This document shows positions 61,118 through 64,000 of a DNA stretch of 64,000 nt, piece after piece. Position numbers and translations under genes: made by a program. The stretch is from contig JAHLWR010000002.1 of assembly GCA_019057815.1 (NCBI GenBank), forward strand, positions 160,001 through 224,000. The letters are read 5' to 3'. This stretch comes from Candidatus Heimdallarchaeota archaeon (GTDB taxonomy: Archaea > Asgardarchaeota > Heimdallarchaeia > Heimdallarchaeales > Heimdallarchaeaceae). Within the stretch, counting starts at the first letter, position 1; every line of letters begins with the position of its first letter. The notes under the pieces were generated by a model. The model worked only from the letters and a program-made list of their open reading frames with translations. It did not search any database and had not been told where the DNA came from.

Positions 61118-61359
61118 CAGTTTCTTACCTTATCTGATGAACAGTAAATTTAAACATTGCTATTTCTGGGAGCAAAACAGTTAAACTTTTTATAAGAATC
61201 AGAGAAATTATAAAAAAAGAAAAGAAAATACGTTATTTATGTAGCGAATTTCATGCAAGTAGTCAATTACTTACATTAAATTGTGTAACTTAAAGCCAAT
61301 CAAGGCTTCTTTTCTCAGATTTTTTTCCTCTTATTATTTGTTTGCATTATCAATCCGTT

Positions 61360-61581
61360 CTAGCTCTTTCCTTCTGTGACGATGAAGCATTTAACCAATT
61401 GTAAAATTGCTACTACCGCAAATAAGTAAGCCCAAAAGGCAAATACAGACCACCAATCAGAAGTCGAGGCTCCAAAAAATGCTTCATTCATCCCAAATTC
61501 TACTGACAAATCTAATATAGAGACAGCAGTAAAAAGAATGAATATGGATTGAAAAAATGACAAGATTCTATAACCAGCCAT
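61360..61581 (-). CDS. Small 2-TM protein, paralog of 60429-60644
   Basis: Shared AFFGxSTSxWWS and ILQLVK. Confidence 0.75.
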   Translation of the reverse strand: MAGYRILSFFQSIFILFTAVSILDLSVEFGMNEAFFGASTSDWWSVFAFWAYLFAVVAILQLVKCFIVTEGKS

Positions 61582-61629
61582 ATGGTTAATTAACAGTAAT
61601 CCTTTAAGAATATATCCAAATAAACTTGG

Positions 61630-62229
61630 ATGACTAAAACTAACTATTATTTCTTACAGAAAGAAGAATTTATCAATAACAATATATTCACTAAAATGAT
61701 GCCTAAATCCATTGAAAATCAGTTTACAGATGAGTTTATACAGAAAATAGATCGTTTTTTGGATAAAGCAAATGTTTTAGCTATTCTGGGTGTAGGAAAT
61801 GAAGATAATGGGGATGATGCGGTTGGTTTATACATAACGCGTATTTTACAGAAAGCAAGTTTAGCCAATTGGGTTGAAATTTTCTACTGTGAGCGTGTTC
61901 CTGAACATTTTTTAGGAAAACTAGACAAGTTAAAACCTAACAGGATAATAGTTCTAGATGCAACCGATATGAAAGAAATACCAGGAGCAATCGCAATATT
62001 TCCTAAAGAGATGATTTCTCAAGGTTATCATTTCTCAACTCACACACTCTCCTTAACAATGCTTGAAGAATTTTTAAAACCATCAATAAAAGATTTAAAA
62101 ACTTTATATGTGGGTATTCAACCAAAATATACTGTTTTTGAAACGCCTTTGTCAGAAGAATGTAAGAAGGAAGGAGAGGAGTTTGCAAAACTGCTTATAG
62201 AACGAATCAAGTTACGAAATGAAAAGTGA
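61630..62229 (+). CDS. hycI: Hydrogenase maturation endopeptidase HycI-type
   Basis: LGVGNEDNGDDAVG, VPE, STHTLSL, GIQP. Confidence 0.9.
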   Translation: MTKTNYYFLQKEEFINNNIFTKMMPKSIENQFTDEFIQKIDRFLDKANVLAILGVGNEDNGDDAVGLYITRILQKASLANWVEIFYCERVPEHFLGKLDKLKPNRIIVLDATDMKEIPGAIAIFPKEMISQGYHFSTHTLSLTMLEEFLKPSIKDLKTLYVGIQPKYTVFETPLSEECKKEGEEFAKLLIERIKLRNEK

Positions 62230-62442
62230 ATTTTTCTCGTTTTGCAAGAAAATAGAAGAATCCCACTGAAGGTAAATGCTATTTTACATACAGAAGAAGT
62301 GTTGTGTACTAGTTGCTACTTTATTTGGGACAGTTTTATCTTCAGTCGTTGCCATTATCGTAGATTTTATCTACTTAATTTTGTGAAAAAAATCATAGAT
62401 AAAAATAAAATTCTGAAATTAGAAAAAGAAGGAAAAGAGAGA

Positions 62443-62925
62443 TTATTGTTCTTGAGGTATTTCTTTTTTCTCAATCCCAATCAAATCTACTTTTAGTTTG
62501 CCAAGCAATGCTACAATAGCAGCTATTATGTTTTCTGGTCTAGGAGGACACCCATAAACCCAAGCATCTATAGGAAGCATCTTATCAATACCTCCAAGAA
62601 CAAAAGGGCATTCCTGGAATACTCCACCAGTCGTACAACAATTTCCCACTGCTACCACAAACTTAGGTGCAGGCATTTGCTCATATACTCTTTTTACCCT
62701 TTCCGCAACTTGTAATGTTACAGCTCCTGTTATTACTAATACTTCAGCTTGTCGAGGTGTTCCTCTTAGCAATATCCCATATTGTTCGAGATCAAACCTT
62801 GGTGTAAGAGCATCTACAATTTCAATATCACAGCCATTGCAACCACCAGCGTTCATATGAATAATCCATGGTGATCTTACTGCACAATTTACCGCAAGTT
62901 TTTTCAGCCAACCCATCATTCTCAA
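62443..62925 (-). CDS. Group 4 [NiFe]-hydrogenase small subunit (NuoB/EchC-like)
   Basis: GGCNGCDIE, VGNC, GCPPRP. Confidence 0.92.
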   Translation of the reverse strand: MRMMGWLKKLAVNCAVRSPWIIHMNAGGCNGCDIEIVDALTPRFDLEQYGILLRGTPRQAEVLVITGAVTLQVAERVKRVYEQMPAPKFVVAVGNCCTTGGVFQECPFVLGGIDKMLPIDAWVYGCPPRPENIIAAIVALLGKLKVDLIGIEKKEIPQEQ

Positions 62926-63395
62926 CTCCTGAACTCCTCAATCTCTTTGATTGTTTTTGCACCTTCTTCAATAACCTCTGCTAGTTTCTTTTCAGCTTTT
63001 TCACCTTTGAAGCTACCTTTAGCACAAATCATCTCATAGTCTTGTCTAACATTGAATGAGAACAAAGAAACAGACAAAGATGGTTCTCTATCAATGTGAA
63101 TTGCATCTTTTGGACAGTAGGTTTGACAATGCCCACACCACATACATTGAGGACGTAAAAGCCATATCATCCCATTATCTTTGTCATCTTTCTCCATCCA
63201 CAAACAATGAGTTGGACATACTTTTACACATGTTCCACACATTATACACTTTTCTTCGATAATTCTAGGAATAGTTCGAATATCTTCTGGAGGGGGATGT
63301 TTTTCTAGTCTTTCAGAAATATGTAATGTTACAGGTCCTTTTACTTGATTTTTTATTGCTTCTCCTCCCATCACTAGTAGTTTTTTCTTAGACAT
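62922..63395 (-). CDS. 2[4Fe-4S] subunit (NuoI/EchF-like)
   Basis: CIMCGTCVKVCP and CMWCGHCQTYCP. Confidence 0.9.
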   Translation of the reverse strand: MSKKKLLVMGGEAIKNQVKGPVTLHISERLEKHPPPEDIRTIPRIIEEKCIMCGTCVKVCPTHCLWMEKDDKDNGMIWLLRPQCMWCGHCQTYCPKDAIHIDREPSLSVSLFSFNVRQDYEMICAKGSFKGEKAEKKLAEVIEEGAKTIKEIEEFRS

Positions 63396-63405
63396 TCATT
63401 TCACC

Positions 63406-63999
63406 TCAGAAAAAGGGTCTATTATATTTCTTTGCTTTTATAGCTTTTAGGGCAAATTCATCTTGCCCCATAATCTTCTTTTCACCAGTTGATTGGTTAA
63501 TTATCATCACTCTATTAGTGCAAGAGAAACAAGGATCATAGCTTCTAAGAATTACAGGCATATCAGCGATATATTCACCATCCATTCTTTTGAGTGTAGC
63601 ATCAATGTTACCCAAAGATGGTGCTCTTATTTTATATCTTTCCGGTTTATCTGTTCCATTAGCAATTCCGTAATGAATGTCCTCACCTCTAGGGGCTTCA
63701 GCTCTAGTCATGTATTTGCCTTCAGAAATTCGGGGTTTAACTCGTTGTAACAACTCTCCTGAAGCTGTTTCTAACCGATCCAGTATTTGATTAAGCATTC
63801 TAAGTGATTCTAGTGTTTCATCTAGTCTAACTAAAGTTGTTGCTAGTACGTCTCCTTCAGTATAATAAACTAAGTTCCAATCAATATCGTCATACAGTTC
63901 ATAGGGGAAAGTTTTTCTGATATCATATGGCAATCCTGATCCTCTAGCGGTAGGTCCATTAGGTGTTAGTTTCTTTGCATCTTCTTTTGTTAAGACACC
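63406..63999 (-). CDS. Group 4 [NiFe]-hydrogenase large subunit (5' part off window)
   Basis: Frame open to edge (GPTARGSG), EAPRGE, L2 motif DPCFSCTNR followed by cleavable C-terminal extension. Confidence 0.92.
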   Translation of the reverse strand, partial: GVLTKEDAKKLTPNGPTARGSGLPYDIRKTFPYELYDDIDWNLVYYTEGDVLATTLVRLDETLESLRMLNQILDRLETASGELLQRVKPRISEGKYMTRAEAPRGEDIHYGIANGTDKPERYKIRAPSLGNIDATLKRMDGEYIADMPVILRSYDPCFSCTNRVMIINQSTGEKKIMGQDEFALKAIKAKKYNRPFF

Positions 64000-64000
64000 T

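Noticed and set aside
60867-61184. 105-aa ORF on plus strand
   Set aside because: Antisense shadow of the SRP RNA gene

Overview
AT-rich, gene-dense archaeal chromosomal window, almost certainly Asgard and probably Heimdallarchaeia (inferred from gene content). It carries a core archaeal gene set: CDC48, FEN1, Trm5, UppS, GGPP synthase, GGR, RibK/RibL, ArcS/RaSEA, aEF-1beta, TruD, Pth2, L40e, DnaG, Hjc, Pelota and TtuA. Interspersed are eukaryote-signature-type proteins: roadblock, an MglA-like GTPase, several longin-like proteins, a tandem V4R/TRAPP-like protein and a C2-like protein. Energy genes are NfnAB and the 3' end of a group 4 [NiFe]-hydrogenase operon with HycI. RNA genes are tRNA-Lys(CTT) with a BHB intron, tRNA-Lys(TTT), tRNA-Val(CAC) and SRP RNA. 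There is also an unannotated three-hairpin H/ACA guide RNA whose first hairpin matches the conserved peptidyl-transferase-centre sequence UUUGC-U-A-CCUCGAU. One intact ISH3/IS4-type element has 13-bp TIRs and a GTAC duplication. The most notable unexplained items are the H/ACA RNA, a microprotein-led operon with a tandem palindromic operator and a coiled-coil/wHTH protein, the C2-like and tandem V4R proteins, a histidine pseudo-kinase, a DNMT2-flavoured orphan C5 methyltransferase behind tRNA-Val, and a cinA gene that needs a non-canonical start. All family calls come from motif recognition by eye; no database search was run.
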